Positions 11,070 through 22,600 of a stretch of DNA of 35,257 nt are shown here, one piece after another; the first letter of the stretch is position 1; every line of letters starts with the position of its first letter. The stretch spans positions 1,454,744-1,490,000 of the forward strand of contig NC_133623.1 of assembly GCF_048593235.1 (NCBI RefSeq), in the 5' to 3' direction. The notes beneath the pieces are model-generated. The model saw nothing but the letters and a program-made list of their open reading frames with translations. It was not told the origin of the DNA and did not search any database. Made by a program: the position numbers and the translations under genes. The DNA is from Sminthopsis crassicaudata. Lineage: Eukaryota.

Positions 11070-12523
11070 TTCCTAATCTAATCTTTGACAAACCCAAAGA
11101 TTCCAACATTAGGGATAAAAATTCATTATTCGGAAAAAACTGTTGGGAAAACTGGAAATTAGTATGGCAGAAATTAGATATGGATCCACACTTAACACCA
11201 TATACCAAGATAAGATCAAAATGGGTCCATGATTTAGGCATAAAGAGGGAGATAATAAATAGATTAGAGGAACAGAGGATAATCTACCTCTCAGACTTGT
11301 GGAGGAGGAAGGAATTTATGACCAGAGGAGAACTAGAGATCATTATTGATCACAAAATAGAAGATTTTGATTACATCAAACTAAAAAGTTTCTGTACAAA
11401 TAATACTAATGCAAACAAGATTAGAAGGGAAGTAACAAATTGGGAAAATATTTTTAAAAACAAAGGTTCTGACAAAGGTCTCATTTCCAAAATATATAGA
11501 GAACTGACCATAATTTATAAGAAACCAAACCATTCTCCAATTGATAAATGGTCAAAGGATATGAACAGACAATTCTCAGAGGAAGAAATTAAAACTATTT
11601 CCACTCACATGAAAGAGTGTTCCAAATCACTACTGATCAGAGAAATGCAAATTAAGACCACTCTGAGATACCACTACACACCTGTCAGATTGGCTAAGAT
11701 GACAGGAACAAATAATGACAAATGTTGGAGGGGATGTGGGGAAATTGGGACACTGATACATTGCTGGTGGAGTTGTGAAAGAATCCAGCCATTCTGGAGA
11801 GCAATCTGGAATTATGCCCAAAAAGTTATCAAACTGTGCATACCCTTTGACCCAACAGCGCTACTACTGGGATTATATCCCAAAGAAATACTAAAGAGCG
11901 GAAAGAGACATATATGTGCCAAAATGTTTGTGGCAGCTCTTTTTGTTGTAGCTAGAAACTGGAAGATGAATGGATGTCCATCAGTTGGAGAATGGTTGGG
12001 TAAATTGTGGTATATGAAGGTTATGGAATATTATTGCTCTGTAAGAAATGACCAGCAGGAGGAATACAGAGAGGCCTGGAGAGACTTAGGTCAACTGATG
12101 CTGAGTGAAATGAGCACAACCAGAAGATCACTGTATACTTCAACAACAATACTGTATGAGGATGTATTCTATGGAGTGGAAATCTTCAACATAAGAAGAT
12201 CCAACTCACTTCCAGTTGATCAATGATGGACAGAGGTAGATACACCCAGAGAAGAAACACTGGGAGGGGAATGTAAATTGTTAGCATAATATCTGTCTGC
12301 CCAGGTTGCTTGTACCTTCGGATTCTAATGTTTATTGTGCAACAAGAAAATGATATTCACACACATGTATTGTACTTAGACTATATTGTAACACATGTAA
12401 AATGTATGGGATTGCCTGTCGTCGGGGGGAGGGAATAAGGGAGGGGGGGTAATTTGGAAAAATGAATACAAGGGATAATATTATAAAATATATATATATA
12501 ATAAAAAAATTAAAAAAAAAAAA
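11070..12523 (+). mobile_element. Young 5'-truncated LINE-1 (ORF2 C-terminal ~385 aa uninterrupted, 3' UTR, A-rich tail)
   Basis: Translation 'LIFDKPKDSNIRDKNSLFGKNCWENW...LDPHLTPYTKI...CWRGCGEIGTLIHCWWSC...' is L1 ORF2 C-terminus. G-rich tract at ~12424-12450 and A-tail to 12523. Confidence 0.95.
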
Positions 12524-13079
12524 TAAGGACTGTGTTTTCTAAGAATCTCTAAGCTTGGTTCATGACTGATCCTTTGCACCAGCATAAGTTTAAACATATA
12601 AAACATGTTCAACAAAATCTCTGTGTGTAAGTCCTAGTAAAACATTTACAATAATGGATCTAGCCCTAAGCTGTGGCTTAGTACAATTTGCTATTAGAGA
12701 TAAAATCTCTTGGGCCTGTAAGTAATATTTTCTTGAGTTTCGAACTTGATTGCAGGGAAATAGAAAGGAGCTGGACTGTGAAAGGTTTATATTTCATCTT
12801 GGAGGCTATAGGGACTCCCTGGAGTTTATTAGGTGGCTGGGAGGACAGACCACTTTAGAAAATCACTTTAGGAAAGAACTAATAGGGGGTTGGAGCTAGG
12901 ATGGAAGAGTATAGGCAGCAACCCAGCTGAACTCTCCCAACATTCTCCTTCAAACAATTTTAAAATAACATCTCAAATAGCTACAATTAGGGTCACCTAA
13001 GAGCTGTCACAGGCTACAATAAAAGACTGCCGGTTCTGGAATATCATATATTTACAATCAAAAGAACTAGGGTTGTGGC

Positions 13080-13925
13080 TGACGATATATCCAGCCAAAA
13101 TACTGAATGAAAAAAAAATGGACACTCAACTGTCAAGAGTTTCACAGTTTTGTTGCAAACAAATCTGAACTTGATAGAAAATTTAACATAAATAGCAAAA
13201 TCATCCAGGAAAAGGTAAAGATCGTAATTATGCTATATGATGAGGTGCGAGAGCAAGAACCCATACAGAGGAATTAAATTGGGGAAGAGGGCTGGTAGTT
13301 CTGAAACCCTACTCTAATCATGAATGGGTTAGAGGGAACAATAGATCCACACACAAAGAGATCATTAAAAAAGGAAAAGGAACCATGTGTGCAAAAATGT
13401 TTGTGGCATAGTGGTAAGGAAGTGAACAATGAATTGAGGAATGGCTGAATAAGTCATGCTATGAATATAATGGAATATTATTGTTCTGTAAGAAATGATC
13501 AGTGGGATGATTTCAGAGAGACCTGGAGAGACTTACATCAACTGATGCTGAGTGAAGTGAGCAGAACTAGGAGATCATCGTACACTTCAACAACAATACT
13601 ATATAAGGATCAATTCTGATGGACTTGGCTCTTGTCAACAATGAGCAGATTCAGGACAATTCCAATAGAAATGAAATGGAGAGAGCCATCTGCACCCAGA
13701 GAGAGAACTGGGGGGAACTGAATGAGGATCACAACATGGTATTTTTACCCTTTTTTGTTGTCTGCTTTTTGTTTTCTCATTTTTTCCCCTTTTCATCTGA
13801 TTTTTCTTGTGCAGCAGGATGTGTAAATACATATAGAATAAGTGAACATGTTTGACACAAGGGTGAATGTTGAAAATTTTCTGTGCAAATGTTTTGAAAA
13901 TAGCTTTAATAATAATAATAAAAAA
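13080..13925 (+). mobile_element. Older fragmented LINE-1 (internal pieces plus 3' end)
   Basis: 13380-13620 resembles the ORF2 end of the younger copy (aaaatgtttgtggc...ctgatgctgagtgaagtgagcagaac) with indels; A-rich tail ~13910-13925. Left boundary approximate. Confidence 0.75.
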
Positions 13926-13962
13926 GAAGTCTAGCCAGAGCAAGAGAAGATAACAAAGTTTT

Positions 13963-13968
13963 TTTATT
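13963..13968 (-). terminator. Distal poly(A) signal of the SYCE1-like gene
   Basis: AATAAA on minus ~150 nt after the TAA at 14117-14119. Confidence 0.7.
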
Positions 13969-14116
13969 CAGAAGATCATACCATAGGGTCCCCTATGGTT
14001 GAGATGGGGCTGAAGGGCCCATCACTGTCTCTCGGTTTGGTTCAGAACAGGCTGAAGTTCCTTCCTTGGGCAACTGTACTCGGTTACTAGCTTCCTGGGA
14101 GGTTCTAGGACAAGAC

Positions 14117-15181
14117 TTAGGCTTGCCCATCAGGACGTTTTCCTGAGCTGAAGTCAATATTCTGCTCCTTGTCCTCTGTGTTTGGGGACATCATACACTA
14201 AAGATGCAAAACCAGAAAAAGACCCCATTGGAACAAACTTCCAATAACATCCCTGCCCATCTCAGTCCCTTCCTTTCTCTTCTCTCATCCTCAGAGATTT
14301 CCTGAATAAACCGGAAAGAAAAGCTCCCGAACCCGTCTTCTTTGGGATCTTTACCTGTCCTGTGGCCCCCTCAGCAATCATAGCACTGGCTCCTTCAGCA
14401 GCTGCCTCTACAACATCCCCATCAGCTCCTGTGGGTTCATGTTGGCCAAAAGTTTTCGTCTCCAGATTTGCACTGGCAGGGAAGATATTAGGAAGGTCTG
14501 GATTAGGAGGCTGGGCCAGAGAGGGACCCACACTCATACACACATAGAGAGACATACACAGGCACAGAGGCTGGCCCAGAGAAAGACAGGAAAATAAGGG
14601 CCAAATGAGAAATAAGAGGGACAAAGATGTATGGAGGAAAAGCACATATAAAAATGGAGAGATACACACACCCCAAAAGAGAGAGATGCATCAATGAAAG
14701 AGAAACACAGAAGCAGAGAGGGGGAGAGGGTCACAAACAAAACACATAACAATATCAAAGAACCTAATGAAAAAATAGAAAAGAAGGAGGTTTAGTAATA
14801 TGGGATCTGAAGAACTCTGTTCTAAAGCATTAATTAGCAAAACTATTTGGTATTGGCTAAGAAATACAAAGAGAGATCAGTAGGACAGAGTGGACATACA
14901 ATACACAACAGCAAATCATCAGAGTAATCTTAGATTTGACAAATATAAAGCTTTTGGGATACGAATTTATGATTTGGTAAAAATTGTAGGGAAAGCTGGA
15001 AGACAATCGGGCAGAAATTCGACATAGACCAATATCTGACAACATTTACCAAAATAAAGTCAAAATGGGTACATGACCTACATATAAAGGGAGATATAAC
15101 AGGAAAACTGAAACATGGGACATTATTACCTATCAGGCCTATGGAGAGGAGAACAATTTATGAACAAACAAGAGCTAGAGA

Positions 15182-15229
<48 letters not shown>

Positions 15230-18200
15230 TAATGGTAGGACAGGGTGAAGTGGGAGGGAGAAAATAAAAAAGGACACAGCAGAGAACAAAAGGAAGCACT
15301 GAGAAGCAGGGTAGCTTTGAAAATGTACTTACTACAAAGTTTTTTCAGAAAAAGTAAACTGAAATGGAAACTCCCAGTTTTATATCGAATGCTCTCTATG
15401 CTATGCTGTGTACGTGGAAATGTTCTTTTTTGTCTTCATGTATTTAAAGTCAAAATCAAGAAACTTTTCAAAAATAAAAAACGTTGCTTGTAGTCAGGGA
15501 GACACAAACATGGGGGGAGAGGGAGAGAGGGAGGAGGAGAAGGGATGGAGAGAGGAAAAGAGAGAGTGCCTTCTTCTTGCTATTCCTCACATAGGACAAT
15601 CTACTAATCTATTTCTTGGCCCTGTGCCTTTTTGTGGGCTGTCCTCCATGCCTGAAATACTGTTCTCCACCTTCTTCCACTCCCCTCCATTTCTTGGCTT
15701 CCCTCCGGTCCTTCATGACTCAGCTCAAATTCTCCCTTCTGCAAAAGGCTTTTTCTGGTCTCCTGCACTGCAAGTATTTTTCCTCCAAGGTTGTCTCCCA
15801 TCTATGCTTTTTCAGATGGGAATACTTGTCTGTACGTACTGCTTCCCTCCCTACATGGTGGTCAGTTTTGGGCAGGGACCAGGGAGTGCTTAGCCCACTT
15901 CCTGGCACATAGGAAGCCCTTGAGGAATGCTTGTCACACTGACACAGGGAGAGAGAGAGGAAACATCCATCTGTACACATTGGTAGCCAAAGGCATATCC
16001 CCCCCCCCCCAGGGATATCCAATCACCTACACACCTGCACGTGTCCGGCAACATATGAACACACACGGAGCTAATCAGGGATACCCACATCCACGCAGAC
16101 ACAAACAAATCCCTCCCATCCCCAATCAAAATCCCGTGGGTCCATACACGGAAGTATAAATGCACACCTACCCCTTCGCCACTTCTGGCTGTGTCAACAT
16201 CAGGCACATTCCCCTTCTTTCCCCAATGAGTGGCTTGCAGTCTCTCTTCCCCAATCCAGCAGCCTCCAGTATATGTAGTTCCCTTCAACATCCTGCCTCC
16301 TAATTTCTCAGTTTACTCAGATTTCCCAGCCCTCAGCCCCAGCACTGCTACCCATAGACCGGCATGTCCCAGACCTCACAATCCCTCGCCAAACTCATCT
16401 TTTCTCCCAATTCTCCCCTTTCTCCCTTCCCTACTCCTGCCCGAGCCACTAGCAATCTTGGCCCTGCAACTAGATGTCCCCTTTCACTCATTCTCTCACC
16501 TCCCAGATGCAATCAGTCACCAAGTCCCACCGTTTGTGGGTTTTGTGACCAAAACTGGATATGGCTCCCTGCTCTCTTCTGGCATTGCCCCAGCCTGGTG
16601 CAGGCCCTCACCACTCACACCTGGACCACAGCAGTAGCTGCTGGGGGGGCCACTGAGCTCTAGGTCATCTTCCTAAGTGCTGCTTGGACTACGTCACCCT
16701 CGATCCGAAAAACTCCCTACTTGGCTCTCCCTTCCTTACTTGGCCCTTTCTAGCCATTCCCTTGTTCTTGAATGGGACCGCTCCCCATGCAGTCTGCAAT
16801 TCAGTAATGAGAGCGGGCCCCCATCCCTCATCATCATTCCACTTTCTTAAAAAGAGGCCATTTACACTCTCTAGAGCTTTATTAGGATATGTGTCTCCCC
16901 CATTCAACTTGGGGGGGGGACACAACTGGCTTTTGGCTTGCTTTGCATCCTCAGTGCTCAGCACTGCTATTCCCAAGGCTCTTAAGTTCAGGGTCCTGGG
17001 CTTTCTCCAGGAAGGGATGTGTGTGTTTTGCCTTGTGGGATGTGCGGTATGGGAAGAAGTCCCACCTTCCTCACCATCGTGAGCAACTGCTAACCAGTTG
17101 CCACCTGTAGAAGCCCTAGGAGGGGCAGCACCCCCAGAGTGGTCCACGGCTACTTAAAAACTGCCCCCAAACCAGGCAAAAACAGATGCCCCCCTGCTCT
17201 TCCAGGCCTTCTCCTGGCTTACCCGAGGGATTTCTGCAGCAACAGCTGGTAGTTTTGAGAAGCTGCCTCCAGGAATTCCACAGCTTTCTTGTTTTCATCT
17301 TCAAAAAGGCGCCTGGGAAAGACGGCCCTCATGTCACACCAGCCGGTACCTTCTTTCCCTGGTACCTTTTTTCCCCTGACCATCCTTTCCCCCTGCGTCA
17401 CTCACACAGCAGCAGCAGCTTCCTTGCTGCGGAGGAAGGCACTCTCCGTATTCTCAGCCATCATCGCTTCCTTAGTCTTGAAGGAGGGCAGATTAGCAAC
17501 TTGCTTCCCCAGAGCATCCAGTTTCTCCTGAGCGATCTTTTCTGTTTACCAGGATGTGGATTTCAGACATCTCCTCTTAGATTTCACACCTCTTCCTCTC
17601 CCCATTTGCTCTTCAGCTAAGGACCAGCTCCTTATCTCTGGTCTCCAAGAATAGGTGACCACCCAGCCTGAGTCTTGCTTGTCCCCAGAGATGAGCTCAC
17701 TAATTCACAAAGGCGTCCCCCCTCCACACTCCCTCCGTCCTCTCGCCCAAGGACCCTTACCTTCCTCCAGGAGCTGTTCCTTGGTAATCATCAAATCGTT
17801 GATTTCTTTAAGCAGCCTCTGGGGTGTCTAATGGAAGGAAGGGCAGCTGGATCTAAGGCTTCCTCCTTCCTCTGAAATTCCCCCCAACTCCAATTACAGA
17901 ATCTCAAGAGTTGGAAGGGACCTCAGAGGCCGTCTTATTCTACCCATACCTCAAAACCAGTCTCCACTTGACAAGCCATTTCCTTATATGCAATGAATCT
18001 AGGGTTTCTTTGGACCAGCTAGCCCATTCACTTAGTGACCCCATAGGAGCCATATTGCTCCAATTCATCTTCTGCTCCAGCTGGACCGGGTCGTCATTGC
18101 CACCCCCCCACTCCCCAGTCACGTTGGTTTGGACCTTTGCCCGCACGTTCCTACACCCACCATGACCTGGAAGGCTTTCCACCCCATTTCAACCCGAGGA

Positions 18201-19579
18201 TCTCCCTCACATGAAATTCCATTAGATCCTTATGCTTTTGCATCAGATCCTCAAGCTGCTGTTCAAATTCCATTCTGGGAAGAGAGAAACAAAGAATTTC
18301 CCTGGGCCACCCTCCAAACCTAGTCTCCCCCATAACAATCCCAGTCATTGCAAACCTCCTCGGCCTAGTTCTGCTCTGGCTCTTCCTGGCTCCTTGCCAC
18401 ATGTGGAACTTCACAACTGATCATTTCATGTCACTACATTTCAGGACTGAAAAGGGACTAACCAGCAACGTTCACCCCTCTTGTTTGACAGCTGGGGAAA
18501 TGGAGGTCAAGGGAAGCAAAGGGAAGGCTTTCTCTTAAGGTTCCATGGGGAGTCAGTGGCAAGACTAGGACAAGACCTCAGGTCTCTTGCCTCTTGATCT
18601 AGGGCTCTCTGCGCTATTTATTATCCTCTGAATCTCGGTCTGCACTCTTGAAGGTGAGAGGCCACATAGTACAGTGGAGAGCCCTGAGGTCAGTGCATAG
18701 CTTATGTGAACCCCTCCCTCCCTCTCTTACCCAGCCCAGCCCAGTAGTTCAGTTTCTTTAAACAGAAAACAAGGAGTTTGGGCTAGATGAACTCCAAGAT
18801 CCCTTCTAGTTCCCTATCTTCAGAAGGAAAGGGTAGATCTATTTCTGTTTCATTCCATGCAGGGGCTCCCTGTTGGTTCGGGGGGCGGGACTTGACTGCC
18901 CCTTTGATGTCATGGACACCTTCCCAGCTCTGAGATGCTTTGGTTTTAAACACCATTTGCAACTGAATTTAGAGGCTATGGAATACCAGCATAAAATCAG
19001 TAAATCCTTTACCTCAGCTTCTTTCTTCGAAGTTTCTCTTCCTGAATCTTAGCATTTAGATTTGCTATATTCCATCTCCCTCCTCCGCACATCCCACCCC
19101 TTACAGCTTGGATCTTCTAAGAGTCCCTAAACTAGAGGTATTGTTTTAGGGGGAATCTGTGTCCCTTTCAAACTGGCTTTGAATTGTTCCTCAGATTAGA
19201 GATTTCCTTTGTTATTGGACAGGTGACTGGATTCAAAGTTCCCTAACCCTCAGACCCTATAGAAATCCTGCCTTCTAAAGGAAGCCTTTGATTTTTTTCC
19301 CCCTGAGGCAATGGCAGTGAAGTGACTTCCCCAGGGTCACACAGCAGAAGCTTCTGATTTCAAAAATGCCTGGAAAGACCAACATGAACTAGCACTGAGT
19401 GAAGTGATCAGAGCCAGGAGAACACTTTTCATAGTAACAAGATATTTAACATGTATAGGTCTACCTGCCATCTAGGGGTGGGGGTGGGGAGAAGGAGGGA
19501 AAAAGTTGGAACAGAAGGTTTTGCAAGGGTCAATGTTGAAAAATTGCCTGTGCATATGTTTTGTAAATAAAAAGCCATT

Positions 19580-19633
<54 letters not shown>

Positions 19634-22600
19634 GAGGATGTGATGATCAATTGTGATAGACTTGGCTCTTTTTAACAATGTGGTGATTCAAGTTAATTCC
19701 AATAGACTTGGGAGAGAAAATGTCAATCACTTCCAGAGAGAGAACTATGGTGATTGATTATGGATTGATAGTTATTTTCACTCTTTTTTTCCCCATTTGG
19801 TCTGATTTTTCTTGTATAACATGACAAATATGGTAATATGTTTAAAAGGATTGCACATATTTAATGTATAGTAGATTGCTGTCTTGGGCACAAGGAAGGG
19901 AAGAGAAAGAAAAATTTGGAACACAAAGTTCTACAAAAATGTATGTTGATAAATGTGGCGATACATATAGAAGAATTACACATGTTTAACCTATATTGGA
20001 TTACTTATTGTCTATTTTTTGTTTGTTTACTTTTTTAAAGCCTTTTATTTTCAAAACATATACATAGATGGTTTTCAAAATTCGCCCTTGCAAAACCTTG
20101 TGTTCCAAATTTTTTTTCTCCCTTCCTTCCCCCACCTCCTCCCCTAGATACCAAGCAATCCAATATATGTGAAACATGTTTGCATATATTTTGAAAATAA
20201 AATGATCATTTTTAAATGTATGTTCAAAACTATCTTCTTTACATGTATTTGGGAAAATAAAATGCTATTAACAGTATAAAAAAATTAAGGAGTCCTTTCC
20301 TAATTCCTCTTAATTCTAGTGTCTCCTCTCTATTCTGTTCACCCTGCACACAACTTATTGCGCATACATGTTTACATGTTGTCTCCCTCATGAGACTAAA
20401 CTTCTTGAGGGCAGGGACCGTTTTTGCCTCTTTTTGTATCCCCCGTGCTTAGCCACAGTGACCGACATGTGGTAGGTGCTTACACTAAATGCTTACTGCC
20501 TGCCTGTGAGCTGCTATAGGTCAATAAGTAGAAGCAGAAGGGAACATTTCTATTTAAGGGTTTATGGCTTCTTGAGTCCCATTCCAAATTATGTCATCTA
20601 TGAGAGGAGAATTCATTCTCCAAGTCAGGGATGGAAGCCGACACCTTCAAAGTACTGTGACTCCAAGTCTAGAAGCCAAGCTTATCAAGGAACACGGACA
20701 GGATTTTAAGATCCTTTGAGAGCCTGGAATTTTTCACTGCTTTTGGTCATGTACCTCTTGAGCTGGCTCCTTTTCAGAATGTTTTAAAATAATTAAATTA
20801 TAATGCTATATTTCAGTTACAAGTTAGTGAAATTAAGATATCATTTTTTCCCATTCCAATTTACAGACCCCTGGAATCTATCCATGGATCCCAGCTTAAG
20901 GGCACTTATTCTCTAGTCAGGCCATTCTGGAAAGCAATTTGGAACTATGGCAAAAAGCTATTAAACTCTGCATGCTGTAACCCAGCAGTTCTGCTACTAG
21001 GGATATACACCAATGAGATCAAAGATAAAAGGAAAAAGACACATATGGACAAAAATATTTCTCACAGTTCTATTTGTGGGGGCAAAGAATTGAAAACTGA
21101 GGGAATGTGCGTCAACTGGGGAATGGCTGACTGAGTTATGGTATAGGAATGTGAAGAAATACTGTACTGTAGGAAGTAATGATGGGCATGCTTTCAGAGA
21201 ATTCTGGGAAGACACATATGAACTGATGAGAGCCAGAACAATGTACATCATAACTACAGTGTAAAGGTCAACAATTACTAGGAATGATTTCAGAACTCTG
21301 ATCAATGCAATGACCAACCATGATTCCAGAGGTATGACAATGAACCCTGTTCCCTGTCTCCTGACAGAAAGGTGCTAGACTCAATTTCAAGTTGAGACAT
21401 GTTTTTTTTATATGGCCAACGGGGGAAATTTGTTTTCCTTGACAATACATATTTGTAATGGGGGAGGGGGGAAGGGGTTCTTTATCAGCAGGGGAGGTGA
21501 GAATTGCAAATGGCAGATTTTTTATCAACTGATTAAAAAAAATTATTTTTAGTTTAACAAGTCAAAAAACCCTGTCCTACAATTTAACTTCCAGAAATGG
21601 CTAATGGAGAGAACATTTCAGATCCAGTGGGAGAATTGGGAGACCCCATGCCTTAATCATCACTTTACCAGAAAGCAGATCTAATCCTTGTTTCTGGGTT
21701 CCTTCTGCAAAGATCTAAATATCTTACCTTAGGAGTTTCTTCTCCTCCTCTCTGCGGTGCTCTTGAAGGAGCAGCAAAGTTCCTATGGTGAGAAGGAGGT
21801 TAATGGGAGGCTAAAGCCACATTCAAAAAGGTACCTGCATGAGACAGCTCACCCTCAACAGTTTCCCCTACAGGGGAAGAAGTTCTCCAGCAAGAGACTT
21901 ACCCTGCTTCATGCTCAAGGTTTCCTCCAACTGAACTGTTTCCAGGTTCACTGCAAAGGGGTAGAAATTTGAATGATCTTTCTCACCTCCATTTTGTACG
22001 GCCTACATTCAATGAGGTGACAGTGACCCCTTCAGTTTATAGATTGGGAAACAGAGAACCAGAAAGGGAAAAGGGAGTAGTTGCCTGAGGTAGTCAATAA
22101 GACATCTACTAAGCATGGACTACGTGCCAGGCACTGTGTTGTGTAAAGAGGAGTTCTACTTTACAACTCTAGCATGTTTTTGCCATGTTATCTTAAGTAG
22201 GTCCCAAACCTTCCCTGGATTCCAGTTTTCCCCCCATTAATTAAAAAAATAATAATAATAAAAGGGTAGATGAGATGATCTTCAAAGGCTCTTTTTAGCT
22301 CTGACATTCTGAGTCTATGAACCAAAAAAGGGCAATGAATAGAGATTACACTTAGGCGGGGCTATTTCTTCAGTTCTTGTATATTTAGAGGGTGTTTTAT
22401 CAGTCACAGGGTTAGACTAAATGGTTTCAATTACCTTTCCATCTTCACTAGTCTGATGCTATTATAATGAATTGTGTTTTACCTCTCCTCACTACTGTGT
22501 CAAATGATTCATTTAATCCCTATTTTATTCCCATCAGTATTCTTCAGTTTAGTGGGCTTCCGTAAGCAGTGATTATTTCTGTCATACTTGTCTATTTCCA

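Noticed and set aside
11055-11070. Possible target-site duplication for the 11070-12523 L1 (aggatgtg vs aggactgtg after the tail)
   Set aside because: Short and imperfect; not enough to call.
14357-14374. 17/18-nt match to 28394-28410 (gtcctgtggcccc[c]tcag) between the first and penultimate SYCE1-like exons
   Set aside because: A match this short with an indel is roughly expected by chance in 35 kb of GC-rich DNA, and the two copies are read in different frames.
16620-16670. Possible extra SYCE1-like exon bounded by ttag and GTGAGT
   Set aside because: The phase-2 reading from the better acceptor stops at once, the acceptor is weak, and it adjoins an L2 remnant.
17940-18182. 80-aa Trp-rich minus-strand ORF in the SYCE1-like intron
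   Set aside because: No splice signals or recognisable homology; it ends in a SINE fragment, so it is probably chance.
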